From contig CM022668.1 in NCBI GenBank assembly GCA_012295275.1, forward strand, positions 9,486,001-9,550,000: DNA of 64,000 bases. The letters run 5' to 3'. This stretch comes from Chrysomallon squamiferum. Its lineage: Eukaryota > Animalia > Mollusca. The notes beneath the pieces were generated by a model. The model was not told the DNA's origin. It saw only the letters and a program-made list of their open reading frames with translations, and ran no database searches. The position numbers were made by a program, and so were the translations under genes. Every line of letters begins with the position of its first letter. Position 1 is the stretch's first letter. Below are positions 39,278-61,555 of the stretch, piece after piece.

Positions 39278-41158
39278 GTTGAGAGATCCTTTTTTCATCT
39301 GTTCGATTTACTAAATTACTCTTTATCCAATGATAATTCGATAACGAACATATTCATTTTTTTAATATTTTTTTATATATGTTTATGTATAACTTGTATC
39401 TGTCAAGTTTTTTTTTAAAAAATGTTATCACTCTTTTAAGCTAGGCATATTTCTCTCTGAAAGTTCGCGAACATATGTGACCAAAAGGTGAGCTCGTAAT
39501 TTTATATTGTACTCTTTCATGTTACGTTAAATAATACTACATTACACTGTATATTATTATTTTATATTATATTACATTACACTATACATTATTTTATTAT
39601 ATTACATTATATTACATTACGTTAAATTATATTATATTACATTATATTATACTCTACATTATTCATATGTTATCTTATATTATATTACTTTATATTATAT
39701 TATGTTATATTATATTATGCTTTGTCATGTTATGTTATGCTACATTACGTTATGCTATATTATATGATATGCCATATCATATAACATCATATCATATCTC
39801 ATAATTATTTTATTATTTTATATCATATCTTTCTGTATCTGTTTTTCTCTATTTTCTATGTTTGTCTTTCTGTTTGTTTCTCTCTATACATCTTTCTGTC
39901 TATGGGTCCATCTGTCTGCTTATATATTTATCTCATCATTCTTAATATGGTTCTTATTTTTATGGTGTTTTTGTTGTAGTTGTTTTTCTTCATTTGTCTT
40001 GTCATTATTATTCTGAATTCAAGTATTTTTATTACTAGGTTATTCCTAAGTCATTCTGTTAGTTTAAATAGATTATATAAAAACAACAACAAAAGAACAA
40101 CAACATATTATATATATATATATGTATATATATATTTATTTAAGCAGTTATTATTTTTTTTTCTCTTCGGTTAATTGAGATATTTTTTGTCTAATCTTCA
40201 AGAAACAAAAATTTTGTATGTGTCACGAGGGATTTCAACAGCCTGAGTATCTGATGTGTTTCTGAACTGTTTATATAGTTTAGAGAATATCTTAGGAACA
40301 GACTAAATACAGGCTATGTACTAGTAAGCGTCTTAATTTTTCACCTTGTGGTATTAAAGAATAGGTCAAAATGTTTGATGCCTTTCCAAATTAATGTTTT
40401 ATTAATTAATTACAGTTCTTTCTTTTATTCTTTCTTTTATTCTTTTTCTAACTTTCTTTCTTTCTTTCTTTCTTCATAATATTGTTTTTCTGAGTTATAG
40501 CGAACAGTATTTGGTTCACTTTTAAAAATAGTTTGATATGTTTCTTGCCAACATTGCTAATAATAAAATAATAAAATATGATACTGATGATGATGATGAT
40601 GATGATAATAATAATAAATGTAAGAACGACAACAACAACAATAATAATGACGACGATGATGATGGTGATTATGATGATAATTAGTAATAGCAGTAGTTGT
40701 AGTAGCAGTAGTAATAATAATAATCATATATAAAATACCAGTGATTCATAATGACTGTCATACTTTATTATCATCAAAGACTGGTAACTACAGCCAAATT
40801 TAATGAAACATACGCAAGGAAGCAAAAATAACTTATGTTACTATCATATATACATTTACAAAATTTTAACTGTTAGGCCATCGACAACTATTCTTAGTCA
40901 AAATAATTCATAAAGTTTTTTTTGTTGGGCGTTTACCAGATGGTTCGTGTTACATAATAAAACTTTATTCAAGTGAGTTATAAGCTTTTTATGATTAAAT
41001 GTCCTGCTGATGAATCCAAGATGTATAAGGAAGATTAATATTTTTTGTTTCCATTAGAGACATCAGCTAAGCCACAACCTCGAGATAAAGACCGACTTGG
41101 CTTGGTTAAGTTTATGAACTCCGGCACTGATTTCTAAAAGGCAAATTTCAATAGCTGG

Positions 41159-41192
<34 letters not shown>

Positions 41193-41390
41193 CACAGAGC
41201 CCCCATTGTCAACATAAAACTGTTTATTTGTAATAGACGTCAAGACCCATACTTTGGGCGAAAAGGCTGATTGCCAAGAATTGCGTTGAAAACGATTTAC
41301 CGTTTATTACGTAAAAAAAAGGCGCCATTGAATTTCGCTAATTCTTGCCACCAAATAGAGTAACGAAAGAAAATGAGATATAAAAAAAAA

Positions 41391-41428
<38 letters not shown>

Positions 41429-41519
41429 GAAAACAAAAGAAGAAAAATTATGAAGGGAAGATAAAAAAAAAAAAAAAAAAAAGAAGAAAAGTTGTAAAGT
41501 GGAAAAAGATAAAGTAATA

Positions 41520-41553
<34 letters not shown>

Positions 41554-42235
41554 AAAATAAATTACAAACAGGGGCTATTTGTGGAATGTCAGTATTGAAA
41601 GTAGAGTGTTATGTAACTGTGTGTTTGTCAGAAAGATCGATCAACAGAGCAGCTTGTTTGTTCAGCTGAATGAAAATATATTACAGTCAGTCTGAAAGTG
41701 TCTCTTTGTAACTGGAGTGACGGCTAAATGAGATGTATTAATAGTGAATTTCAGAATGGATGAACTTTAAAAACATTTTTTTTTTTTTTCAATTCCTCAT
41801 TCATTCTATTCATCAGTCATCGATTCACAAAACTGTTGAGCCACATGCATTCAGAGTATCATTCATCTGTTTACGTCTGTCTTTCCATCTGTTCGTTCAT
41901 CCATCCTGTTTTCTATAAAGAGAGAATGGAAGATCGAGAAAGAGAGATTGACGAAGTGAAGGAAGGACGGAGACAGAGAAATATACAGAAATTCTTAGTA
42001 AGATAGTGAAAGAGAGAAAGTGAGAGAAAGTGTGTGTATGTGTGTGTATATATGACAGAGAGAGAGAGAGACAGCGTGAGAGAGAGAGAGAGAGATGGGT
42101 AGAAGGATGGGCGTCTTTCTATTATGTCTACTGCCGAAAACTGCTGATTCTATTATTACTGGTATTGCTGTTGGTGGTGGTGCTGCTAATACTACACTAC
42201 CACCACCATTACCACCTATACAATTGTTAGTACTG

Positions 42236-42286
<51 letters not shown>

Positions 42287-42287
42287 T

Positions 42288-42327
<40 letters not shown>

Positions 42328-42748
42328 TTATTACTACTACTAATCATAACAACAACAACAACAACAGTAATAATAATAATAATAATGGTGATGATGGTGA
42401 TGATGATGATGAAGATCATGATAAATAAATAAATAAACAAAAATAAACCGAAATCAAAAGAAGAAGAAAACAAAACAAAACAACAATAGCAAAGAAAATT
42501 TATTTAAAAAAAGACCGTTTAAAAAGTTGCACGAAATACTTCTGGCTAAAAATAACTTCCCATCTGTTTGCTTGTGTCAATAATAAACCTTAAAGTACAG
42601 CTAACGATGTCAAAATATTACAAAACTGCATGTTACTAAGTTACCTTGTTACATGTTAGCCAAAAACCTTAATTCTTACGCTACAGTTGAAAATAGACTG
42701 GCTTCACGTCTCTTTTAACAGACTGGAAATTTCATCACTGTTGTATTT

Positions 42749-42842
<94 letters not shown>

Positions 42843-43484
42843 TTTTGTGTGCGTATGAGTGCGTATATATGTTTTTATTTATTTATCGGCTTGACTTATT
42901 TTTGCTTAGGTCTGTTAGCCTTTCCAAGATCGTATAAACAATTATTTTCTTTGTCCTTTCTCCTATTTTCCTATCTTTCTCTTTCTCTGACGATTTCGAG
43001 TCAGTATTTTCTAACTCTAAACTATTAGTCATAATAAAAAAAAAATGAATCACAACACGAATTCGGACCGCAGATGAATAAAACAAAATCAGGATTCCGG
43101 AGTCTTTAGCAAGTCTATAGTTGGATTTACCTTCATCACACCTGTGAATGGCTATAATTATACAGGTAACACGTAACATGCATACACACACCTGTACTTA
43201 CCTGTTAACAAGCTCATTACTAGAAATCATACATATAAGGTAAGAACACATCTTCATTTGATTTGATTTTAATATTTTTATTTTAACTCTATGAAAATAT
43301 TTGATGATGATAATGATGTTATCTAGGTGTGTCACTGTTGTTGAGTTTTATTTTTTTTTTTTTTTCTTAGATGTAGTAGTTGTGGTAGTACTACTACTAG
43401 TTCTAGTAGTAGCTGTAGTAGTAAAATTAGTAGATTAATAATACTAGTAGTGAAAAATAAATAAATAAATAAAAATTATATTTA

Positions 43485-43530
<46 letters not shown>

Positions 43531-44091
43531 TGAAGGAACAATATACGTAACTTACAATATATTTGAAAACAAGCTTCACAATTTAATAAAAAAATGTATA
43601 CTAATTTCAACAGACGTCACTTAGTTGCTTTATGACGTCACAATGCCGTGACCTCTGACCTCTAAAACTTTAAAATTACGGAAAGCAGAATGAAACAAGA
43701 AAGGTATTTTGATATTCTTCTGTTTGTTAACTAATTTTTTTATGGTGCACTTACATTTATGTAACACAGTGAATGTTATAAATTTCAGTAATTTAATCTT
43801 GTAATTATAAAAATCAAAGTACGTATGCTTATGTTACTGGTACGTTCACATCATGAATTTTGGCAAGTATTGTATAATTATGAGAACAAAATATTTTGTT
43901 ATTTATTTATTTGTTGCTTTGTCTGTTTGTTAGTTTGTTTTTGCTTTAGTTATTTATTTCACTGTAGAAGACACGATAAATTATTATTATTATTATTATT
44001 ATTTAATTAATTAATATATTCTCTTTAATTTTGTTTTAATTATTATTATTATTACTATTTTAATTAATTTATTCTTTTTAATTTTGTTTTA

Positions 44092-44142
<51 letters not shown>

Positions 44143-44851
44143 TTTTATTTTTTTTCCCTTTTTGTTCTACATCTTTCCACCATACCTCACGCGCTTGGGT
44201 TTTCAATAAACATTAATTTTTCTGTCTCTGTTTGTATCTATAAATCAGTCTTAAATTTTCTTCATTAACACTATCAAAGACGGTGCAGTCTGATTTCTAA
44301 ATGTTATTTGGCGCTGTTATACGGCCGCAGTATTGAATACGGCATTTACATTTCGTGAAAGGAAAACGATTTACATTGAAATAGCATTAAACCTGCAAGA
44401 TCTTAACATTACTCCGAGAATAAGGTTTTTACTTAAAGAGCAAAGACTTCTGATCCAGCCAAGAAAGGTCCGAACAGTGTTTGTATTACACGTAGAAAAT
44501 ACTTTTTATCACTTAATCTAAGTTTTATTTTTTCATTATTACATTTTTTTTTAATTTAGTTTTTTATGTACTTTGATTATTATTATTTTTTATAGCTCTG
44601 TTTTACTCTTTCTCTGTTGTTCTTTTCATTTATACCTCCTTCAATCTCTGCTTTATCTCTTATATATATGTATGTGTATATATATACATACATACGTACA
44701 TACATACATACATACATATACATATATATGTATGTACGTACGTATATGTATATATACATATACATATATATATATAAACACACACATACAAACATAAACA
44801 TACACATATATCGACTTGACTTATATGTGTGTGTATGTATGTATGTATAAT

Positions 44852-44896
<45 letters not shown>

Positions 44897-45709
44897 TATA
44901 TACATACGAGTAAGAGATCAAATCTATTTTGTCTTCCTGTCTTTATCAAATAGAACTTTAACTTTGCGTCTGATTATACGTTATTACAAAATGTATTTTG
45001 TAGCTTTTTGTATTGCTGTAAATAATTATCCTATCTGCGTGTTATTTATATTTTTATTTCTATATTTGTTTAATTCTTTTTTACTTAAGCTTTTTGTCTT
45101 GCGGACTGACCCGTGTCTTGGTGAATATTAGTCATTCACTTTCTCTTTTTCACAATGTGTCGTTCTTTCGTTCATTGTCATTACTCTTTCTCTCTCTCTC
45201 TCTCTTTCTCTGTGCCTATATCTCTCTCTCTCTACCTAGCTACATATCTGAATGTCTATCTATTCATCTATCCATCTATCTCTTTTTATCCACATCTCTA
45301 CGTCTCTATCTCTATCAGTTTCATCTGTTTCTGCTGAGCTGGGCAGACTGGCCGAGGTTTTATGAATTACCACTTGAAATTGTTTCTTGCTGCCTTAGTG
45401 TCGTGTTCGCGTGCAACACCGCATGTCAGGCTAAAGATAAAATGTGGATTTTCTTTTCAAATACGTTGATAGCTGAAGGACGTTATCGGGAATTACTTGT
45501 CGATTAAATATTGATTTTGTCTGTGGGTTACGTAACTCCAAACCTGTTCTCCGCTGCAGACGACTACGGTTTATGGCGGGATTTGCTTCTTTGGCAGTAA
45601 TTTCCTCCTTTTTTTTCAAGCACTAAACATGTAATCTTTTTGTCTGCTTGCCTGCTTCTCTCTCGCTCTGAGTACATCTGAGAGTGTATTTTCTTCTTCT
45701 TCTTCTTCT

Positions 45710-45810
<101 letters not shown>

Positions 45811-46016
45811 GTATTGTTTTGTGCATTTGGAACAAATGAAAATAAAAATTAGTTATTATTAAAATGTACTTCCTTCCACTTACTGATTCATACCGTTTAC
45901 AGATATGATTAACTATTTGTCATCTTGATCTCGTTAAATAATAAATACTTTCGTTTATTGTTGTTGTTGTTTTTTTTGTTGTTTTTCTTAAAGATACAGA
46001 TACACATATACACTTC

Positions 46017-46051
<35 letters not shown>

Positions 46052-46130
46052 AAAATAATAAAAAATTTGAAAAACTTTTAGCAAAATACAAAGACGAGAG
46101 AGATAGGGACAGATGTATAGATGGATAGAT

Positions 46131-46211
<81 letters not shown>

Positions 46212-47271
46212 AACAAAGGCAGAAATTTAGATTATATGATAACTGTAAAACAGAGAGAAGGAAAGAAACAGAGAAACGAGAGAAAAGAGATAAAAATGGT
46301 CAGAACATCGAGTGGTTCAATAATTTCACTTTGTCTACAAGATAAGGGCAATGAACACGGATTAAATGGAAATTATTCTAATGCAGATCGTATGTTTGGC
46401 AGAATCACCCTTCCATTATCCTCGCACCATTTCATCTTGTTTGATCAAATAAATATGGGTGAATATTGTAAGAGGTACTCAGGAATAAAAAAAAAAAAAA
46501 AAAAAAAATCATCTTCCCTGTGAACGTTGCCAGAGTAAAGGGCTTTAATATCTTCGCTGTTTGGATGGATCATTGATTGGAACAATGAAAGCGTTGTTCC
46601 CTGTTCAAATCTGACACGATTTCTCTGTGTTCTGTGTTAAGTTTTTTTTTAGGAGACAGATAAAACAGTGCTCTTGTGTGTGCTTTTTTTTTTTGTGTTA
46701 CTTTTCTGTGACGTCACTGGAGTTGTGACGAGCCTGAAACATGGTAGTGTGGACGTTCTGGATATTACGTCATGTTAGGAAGTTTCTGTGTGTACATTTT
46801 AATGTTAGTATGTTAGTACACTTATGTACACATACTAAATAGCTTATCTTTTACAAATACCACTACTGCAACTCTGTTTTTGCTGGTCCACAACCACTAC
46901 TATTACTTACTAGTGCTATTACTGTTCTGCAGCAGCTACTACAACTGCTGTACTGCTACTAGTATTATAATTATTAACTACCTGCTGCTGCTGTTAATAT
47001 ATTACTATTACTTAGGTAATATTTTTACTGTATTTCTGTTACTTTGACTACTACTGCTACTACGTCTGCTTCTACTGCAACTATTACTATTACTTCCACC
47101 TTCACTGCTACCACTACTTTTCTGATAATACTGTCATTTCTAATACTTCCATTCTGTTTATACTACTACTGCAGCTTCTTCTACTGTTAAAATGTAAAAT
47201 ACCGTTATACCTCTACTATTGCTGCTATTACCACTATTTCTACAACTATTGCTTTCAGTTGTTCGATATAC

Positions 47272-47365
<94 letters not shown>

Positions 47366-47525
47366 GACTATTGCTACTTTTAATGGTCATTTTATTTTAT
47401 ACATTTTACACTCTGCTGAATATGACTGTTTCTGCTACTGTTAGTGGCCACTGTATACTTCTCCGACTACGTGTGTATTTCTAGGATTACGTTGTGGACG
47501 GTGTTTGCTAGCAGACTGCTACGTC

Positions 47526-47597
47526 ATGTCAGCCGTGAACACGGGGACGTCTGGAAAACCGTGGAGGGCACCATCAGACGACGCGTTGCATTTCGAG
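47526..47597 (+). CDS. Candidate first coding exon (MSAVNTGTSGKPWRAPSDDALHFE) of an unidentified gene
   Basis: GC-rich island, gtcATG, open frame to GAG|gtaggt phase 0; acceptor tttctag at 47484. Confidence 0.45.
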
Positions 47598-48965
47598 GTA
47601 GGTGATTAATGTTGTAACCAGCCTCGACGTTCTGCGACTTAATTTATTTTCAAATTTTTGTTTAATTAGTCAAGCGTTACATCGTAATGTAGCTCAGTGT
47701 AGGTAATTAGCAGATAGCAGTATAGCTGTATGTGTTGTGTTGTATCCTAATTTATTCAAATGTCATTTAATTAGACGCGTGTTACGTCATAACGTAGTTT
47801 GAGGTGGTTAACCAGCAGATAGTATTATAACTAGATACGTATTTTGTGTCGCATTTTACTCACAACTTATATATCTAGTGATGTGTTGTATTAAGATTCA
47901 CTTTGTAATAGGTGGCCCTGTTTTATAGCTAAGCATCTGTTGTTGAATTATATGGTATTACATGCAGTCGTTATAATATATTATCATATAATCATACACA
48001 CACATTTACGTATATACGCACACTCATATAAACATATATGCATACATGCACATACATATGTATACACGCAGACATACTTACATAACATCTATACATCTGT
48101 ATGCATACACCTACATACATACAAACATTAATGACAAAAGAATAATAGTGATAGTATTTAAATGAATGACTACATTATAACGATGACAATTAGTAGAAAG
48201 AATAATAATAATAACAATTAAAAAAAAGTAAAATAAAAAAAAAAAACGAGAAAAAAAGAAGAAAAAACGAGAAAAAAAAAGAAAAAAAAAAAAAAAAAAA
48301 AAAAAAAGAAAAGAAAGTGAAAGTAAATAAATACAAATTATTAATAAAGAAACGACAAAGAAAGCCAGATAGAGTTTCTCAAATTTACCCAACCACTGGA
48401 AACGATAACAAGAAACAACAGATATAAGCCATATTTGTCTTGATCGTTAAATCAAAACAGACAGAGACGACGTATTTTCAGTTAACCCGATTATTGTAAA
48501 TACACGTCGTCAAGTATGATTGGTTAAACTGTCAGGTCAAAAGTTCATGTCATTTCATATTACGTCATTAGCATTTACGTCATACAAAAGTATCATCAAA
48601 TTATACGCGTTTGGGATATAATTGTTCTTTTATATATAAACGTAAGGATAGATTTAAATAAATAAATAAATAAAAACGATAAAATTATTTCTTTAAAACG
48701 CTTCGAGGAGAAAACTGAGCCACTGTTGGCAATATCAGTGAAGATACAAAACCTTTTTACTATTTTTTAGATTTTTTTATTTATCAAACAATGAAACATT
48801 GTGCTGTAATTAAAGACACACATTTCAAAAATCTTTTTTTCCCCTACTACTACTACAACAACCACTTCTGCTGCAACAACTACCATCACTATCACATTAC
48901 TTCTACTACTACTTTTCTATTACTTTATAAATATATACATGCATTTTGCTCCTCTTTATTTATAA

Positions 48966-49068
<103 letters not shown>

Positions 49069-49805
49069 ACTTTTACTTAGTCTTTACACTGAATACACAT
49101 GGCAAACAGACCTATTATATTCATGATTTGCTGGTCCGGGTGTTTATAGTGGGTGGAAAACGATTTAGTTCCGCAGCCTATTAGTTCCTAAGCCTCTCTC
49201 CCACTAGTAAAATGATCTGTACTATGATTCCAGCACTGTGCGGTAAAGTAGGATAATTATGATTATTTAAGTGAATCGTCTCTAAATTTAATTTTTTCTT
49301 ATTTGTTACTGCTTACGTAAAAGATCGGTACTTGCAGAAAACGTTTTACGTCAGCGATTATTCACTGATGCTATTTTTAGAACGGCATGCTGTGTATACC
49401 TAAACGTAAGATTTTTTTTAAAGTTGTAACTTTCAACACTACTTTTGTCCTGATCACATCTGGATAGTCTTCGAGTTCACATGCTCTGTTTTTGTTTGGA
49501 TTTTCCTCCAGTCAAGTTTTGTTTTCTATTCTTGTAGAGGATTTCTTCCATTCAAGTGCTCCATTATTTTCTGTGTGCGTACATTCCTCCGTTATATTTT
49601 GTTTGGCTGTTTTATTTGGAACTTTCTCCTCGTTTGATCGTGTGAATTTATTTAGAATTTTGAATATAAAATTGTATTTATTATCTAAACAATTTTAAAA
49701 ATGTAATAATAAAAAAAATGAAAACATAAAAAGAAGAAAAATGAAGTAAAATGAAAAAAAAAAATTAAAAGAATTTTTTTTAAAAATATTATTATTATTA
49801 TATTA

Positions 49806-49848
<43 letters not shown>

Positions 49849-50379
49849 ATCATCAGTATTATTATTATTATTATCAGAAAATATTTCTATAGAAAATACT
49901 AACTTAACCTGAAAAGAATAGCGTTACACTGAACAAATATGCAGGAATCTGCTTTTCTGTTTTGTTTAATTGATTTCACAGTGCTGTTCACTTAAAAAAA
50001 AAACGTCTACGGAAGCTACGCTACGCGCACAAACGACTTTGGAATAAACACTCATTCATTATTTATTAATAAAACATATCTAGAATAGTAAAGTAAAGAA
50101 AGAAAAAATCCCGAATGAACTTGAAACACTTGTGATTTCTTTTTCCATCCTTTTTCTTACTCAACATATCGTGTTTGTTTGACAGAAACTAAGCAGTTAT
50201 TCTTTTGTTTTCTTGACATCTTTTTTTTCTATTCTGTTTTATTAAGTGAAAAATAATACCGAGGCTAAACAAGGATACTGCAGTTGTTTCACCTTTATTG
50301 ATGTCGTTATAATGTGTTTTGAAACAGACTGAGTAATTTCACGTTAAATGTGTTAATGTCGTTGTAAAATATGCAGTAA

Positions 50380-50950
50380 ATTTGTGAACTGAAAACGTGA
50401 TCGGCGTGTGAACTGAAAACGTGATCGGCGTGTGAACTGTGAATATCATACATTTGTGAACTCAGAATATGACCAGCGTGTGAATTGTGGATGTAATAAT
50501 TTTTGGACTATGAATATCACAACTTGTAAACTGAAGATAAATCTTGTGTGTGATTATAACATGTTCGTGAACTGTGAATAATATTATAATAAGTTTGTGA
50601 ACTGGAGATATAACACGTTTGTGAACTGTGAATAATGTATAATAAGTTTGTGAACTGTAGATAAGATAAATTTGTGAACTGGATATATAATAAGTTTATG
50701 AACTAGAGAAATGATAAATTTGTGAACTGGAAATATAATACGTTTGTGAACTGGAAATATAATACGTTTGTGAACTAAAAGTATAACAAGTTTGTGAATT
50801 GTGAATGTAATAATAAGTTTGTGAGCTGGAGATATGATAAGTTTATGAACTGGAGATATGATAACTTTGTGAACTGAAGATGTAACAAATTTGTAAACTC
50901 TGCAGGTAATACGTTTGTGAACAGGGAATACAAAAAAAGTTTGTGAACTT
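50380..50950. repeat. Degenerate ~24-bp minisatellite (tttgtgaactggagatataataag)
   Basis: gtgaact core repeated more than 20 times; explains ORF 50584-51036. Confidence 0.85.
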
Positions 50951-51034
50951 ACACTTAAAACAAGTGAAGTTTTTTGTTGTTCTTTCACTATTGTTTTGAA
51001 GTCAAGCTGAATTTGAAACTCGTTTAAATCAACC

Positions 51035-51073
51035 ATGGAACAAGATGATGATGACGAATCTTTCGAATCTGAG
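51035..51073 (+). CDS. Candidate first coding exon (MEQDDDDESFESE)
   Basis: Strong Kozak aaccATGG, consensus donor GAG|gtaagt, phase 0. Confidence 0.5.
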
Positions 51074-51449
51074 GTAAGTACGTTTATTGCCTCGTTTTCA
51101 ACTCATGTTCGCAATATATCGGAACTTTACGGATTGTTTCGGCCCACGTCGGTAAAAGTCGGCATCATTCGAATGACTTGGCGATTAAATAATCGTTTTT
51201 TTCAGTAATTATTATTATTATTATTATTATTATTTTTTTTTTTTTAAGTTTCTTGTCTTATTTTTCAGTTAAAATTGAGATTTCTTTTGAATAAGTTGAA
51301 GAAATCTTTTTTTTTTTTCCCTTTTACCCACCCCCAAGAAATTTTACCCAAAAAAAAGAAATGAATTTAAAAAATAAAAAAAAAAAAAAAAAAAAAAAAC
51401 GAAGAAACAAAACTAAAACAATTACCATAAAAAAAAAGTAAAAACATAG

Positions 51450-51480
<31 letters not shown>

Positions 51481-51550
51481 ATAATTTTAATGATAATAAT
51501 AATAATAAAAAAAATAAAAAAAATAAAACGCTGCAAACCATTCTTCCAGA

Positions 51551-51600
51551 CCCCGCCCCTTCACCGCCTATAAAAGCCCGAAAAAGAACCGCCATATTGA
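51551..51600 (+). promoter_or_regulatory. Candidate core promoter: GC box, TATA box and YY1-like site
   Basis: CCCCGCCCC 51551-51559, TATAAAAG 51569-51576, CCGCCAT about 51589. Confidence 0.5.
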
Positions 51601-51731
51601 TTGTGCGAAATACTGAATTATGTGACGTTATAATAAAATAGAGAAAAATAATTAGATTACACGAAAATGAGTGTGAATAGAAAAATCACTGTCTAACTGC
51701 GTGTCTCTGTGACTCATGTGTTGGTGTATGA

Positions 51732-51800
<69 letters not shown>

Positions 51801-52057
51801 ACTGATAGAAAGGAATAGTTACAAAGATAGATCAAAAGACATTCGGACATATAGATACACACATGCATCCATCCATCCATCCATCCATCCATCCATCCAT
51901 CCATCCATAAATACATACATACATACATACATATGTATATGTATATTTAAAGAGAAAGAAATAGTGAGAGAAATAGTGCAGAAAAAATAACGAACTTAAA
52001 TAACGAAAATAACGAAAATAAAAATAACGAAGAAACAGAAAGAGATGGAGATAGACA

Positions 52058-52215
<158 letters not shown>

Positions 52216-52997
52216 ACACACACACACACAGAAATACACATTAAATAATATTCTAAGATTGCACATTTCAAACGGAATCTGTTTCCGAAGCATGGTTTTA
52301 GAAATTATTCTCGGGCACGGCTATTCAACAATCGACTCCACTCTGAATGCGCAGAAAACAGTGCAGGGTGCAGTGGAAAATTACACTAGATTGCTTAGAT
52401 GTTTTTCCCTTGCATAATATTGATAAATGGCAAAAAATTAGAAGTCGGATTCCACTGCACGCGAAACGTACAAACCAGAATTGACGCTGGTTTAAGTGCT
52501 GAAGTAGAAGAAGATAAAAAGATGAATAGGAAGAAAGAAAGAAATAAATAATAAATAAATAAATAAATAAAATAATCTTTTTTTTTTTTGTTTGAAAGAA
52601 AGTGTATATAAATGAATTATTTAATAACAGGGAAATAAAAGAAAAAGAAAAAAGAAAACGAGAAGAAAACAACAACAGCAACGACAACAAAAACAAAACA
52701 AAATAAGGGATGTGTATGAAAATAAATAAATGAAGAGGAAAGATGAGGGAAGAAAACTTAAAGTTACAAAACTTCCATCATCATCTTCATTATCATCATT
52801 ATTACCACCAATTACGTAATTATCTCATCATTATCATCATTAATGTCATCATCACCACAATCAGGATGAACATCGTTGTCATTATGACAGTTATTGTCAT
52901 CATTATTTGTAAAGTTACAGTTTGAATATTTATAACACGTTTGTTGTAATATAGCATTTCGTATATTATTTACGGTATTTTCTCTAGCCAATGGAAA

Positions 52998-53053
<56 letters not shown>

Positions 53054-53557
53054 GAAGAAGAAGAAAAGATCTGATAACAGTGTCTCAGTGTTCTTGAATC
53101 TAGCAGATCAGCTTTGATTCAGAAAATGTTCTGAACACAACGAAAGAAGAACTCGGTTTTAATTTGGTCGCGTAATGTAACAAACATAAAACAATAAAAA
53201 TTATTAACGTATTCAAAGTTCTTAGCTTATTCTCAGTTGTAATCCGCTGTTTTAGTTAGTTAGCCTGTCGTCTTTCAGAAGATTAAACAGGAACAAAATA
53301 ATAATACTAATAAATATAATAATAAATAAAAATGCATACTATGCATATATGTATATAATTTTTTCTCCTACTAAAAATCTACCTTCAGAATCTTATCTTT
53401 ATTATTGCTTTATTATTACAATTGTTATTATTATTGTTGTTGTTGTTGTTGTTGTTGTTATTGTTGTTGTTGTCGTTGTCGACCTCGTTGTTGTAGTGGT
53501 AGTTTTGATTTATGATGTTATGATTATTACTGGGTATTTTTTGGTTACCATTGCTGC

Positions 53558-53596
<39 letters not shown>

Positions 53597-53604
53597 CATT
53601 ATTA

Positions 53605-53717
<113 letters not shown>

Positions 53718-53898
53718 GTTGTTGTTGTTGTTGTTGTTGTTGTTTTTGTTTATGATGTTATGGTTATTATTATTATGTTTGTTACCATTGCGTTATTATT
53801 ATTATTATTATAATTATTATTCTAATTATTATTAATATTAATATTATTGTTGTTGTTGTTGCTGCTGATTTGTTGTTGTTTTAGTTAATGATGTTATG

Positions 53899-53975
<77 letters not shown>

Positions 53976-54128
53976 TACAGTCGTGGATGTTATCATTGTC
54001 TGTCTGTTTCTTTACTTTCAATCAGTTTTTCTGACAACGTGTCACGTTCTGGAAGCGTCCACTGCGCATCATCTTTGTTTTTAACGTAGGAAGGTTGTTG
54101 ATCGTTGCTGTTGCAGAGATGTGGAATG

Positions 54129-60427
<6,299 letters not shown>

Positions 60428-61231
60428 ACCACCACGACAGACGTGTTCTGCAGCAGTTCTGTGCGATTATCAAGACACCACTTTCCCCAGTCTGACGAAA
60501 TCCTTCTGTGTCGGTGTGGACGTCATCTTCAATTCTGTTCACATCGTTATAAGCCATTGAAAGCAAAACTGAATTAAAGGGATGGGAAATTAAATCAACG
60601 TGAACCTTGGTATACAGCTCTGACGGTCTGTTGTTTCCCTTGTTCATGGCGTCTGCTGATCTCGATCACGTTCGACGCCATTTTGTTGTACGCTTGTAAC
60701 AAGAGGCGTTAAAAAAAAAGAAGAGAAAACAGAAAGAGAACCGCACGCTTTAAATAGCGCCGTTCCGTTGGTCGATTCTAATTTAATTGCTGACCAATCA
60801 GCGCACAGGAAATCAAACATCGCGGGTGAGGTGTCCGTTTTATTGACCAATAATTGGAAACGTTCGTTACGTTGATTGAACCACTTGGAAAAGTTAAGTC
60901 AAATATTTTCTATGGAAACTTCCAGGAGACCGGTCTCTGACCCAGAATGGAATGAAAAATAATTGTGATTCTGTTTTTGGCCCTTTTAGACCCGTAAATA
61001 TAACCTCTTTACGTTAGACAGAATCTTTCTTTGATGTCAGTGGTTGTGTTTGTTTGTTACTGATGAAGTGTAAACTTATTTTCTTTCTTGTATTAGTTTT
61101 GTTAGTTTAGATATTTTCGTTTCTAATTATCTGCAGTTTTCGGTTTATTTCCGTGCTGAGATTACTGTAGCGGTTAAGAGATTGTTTGATCCGGTTATCA
61201 GTTGCCTCCCTTGTAAAATGATAATTTTAGG

Positions 61232-61299
<68 letters not shown>

Positions 61300-61304
<5 letters not shown>

Positions 61305-61555
61305 AGAGAGACAGATCGATATCTATAAAATCAGTCTATTTCTATAAATAGATAGATAGATAGATAAACAGATAGAAATATGGCGTGAGAAAGATAATGG
61401 GAGATAGAGAAGATAGAGAAACAGAGAAAGATATAGCGAGATAAAGAGAGAGAGATCGACATCTATAAAATCTGTCTATCTCTATAAATAGATAGATAGA
61501 TAAACAGATAGAAATATGGCGTGAGAAAGATAATGGGAGATAGAGAAGATATAGC
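61300..61555. repeat. About 140-bp tandem duplication next to a (GA)n tract
   Basis: gataaagagaga-agatcga-atctataaaatc...tggcgtgagaaagataatgggagatagagaagata occurs twice. Confidence 0.85.

Noticed and set aside
39055-39495. TATAAAAG at 39202 and donor-like CAG|GTGAGG and AAG|GTGAGC sites
   Set aside because: Could be non-coding first exons, but the motifs are too short to support without transcript data.
50584-51036. 150-aa minus ORF with VHKLII repeats
   Set aside because: Arises from the 24-bp minisatellite.
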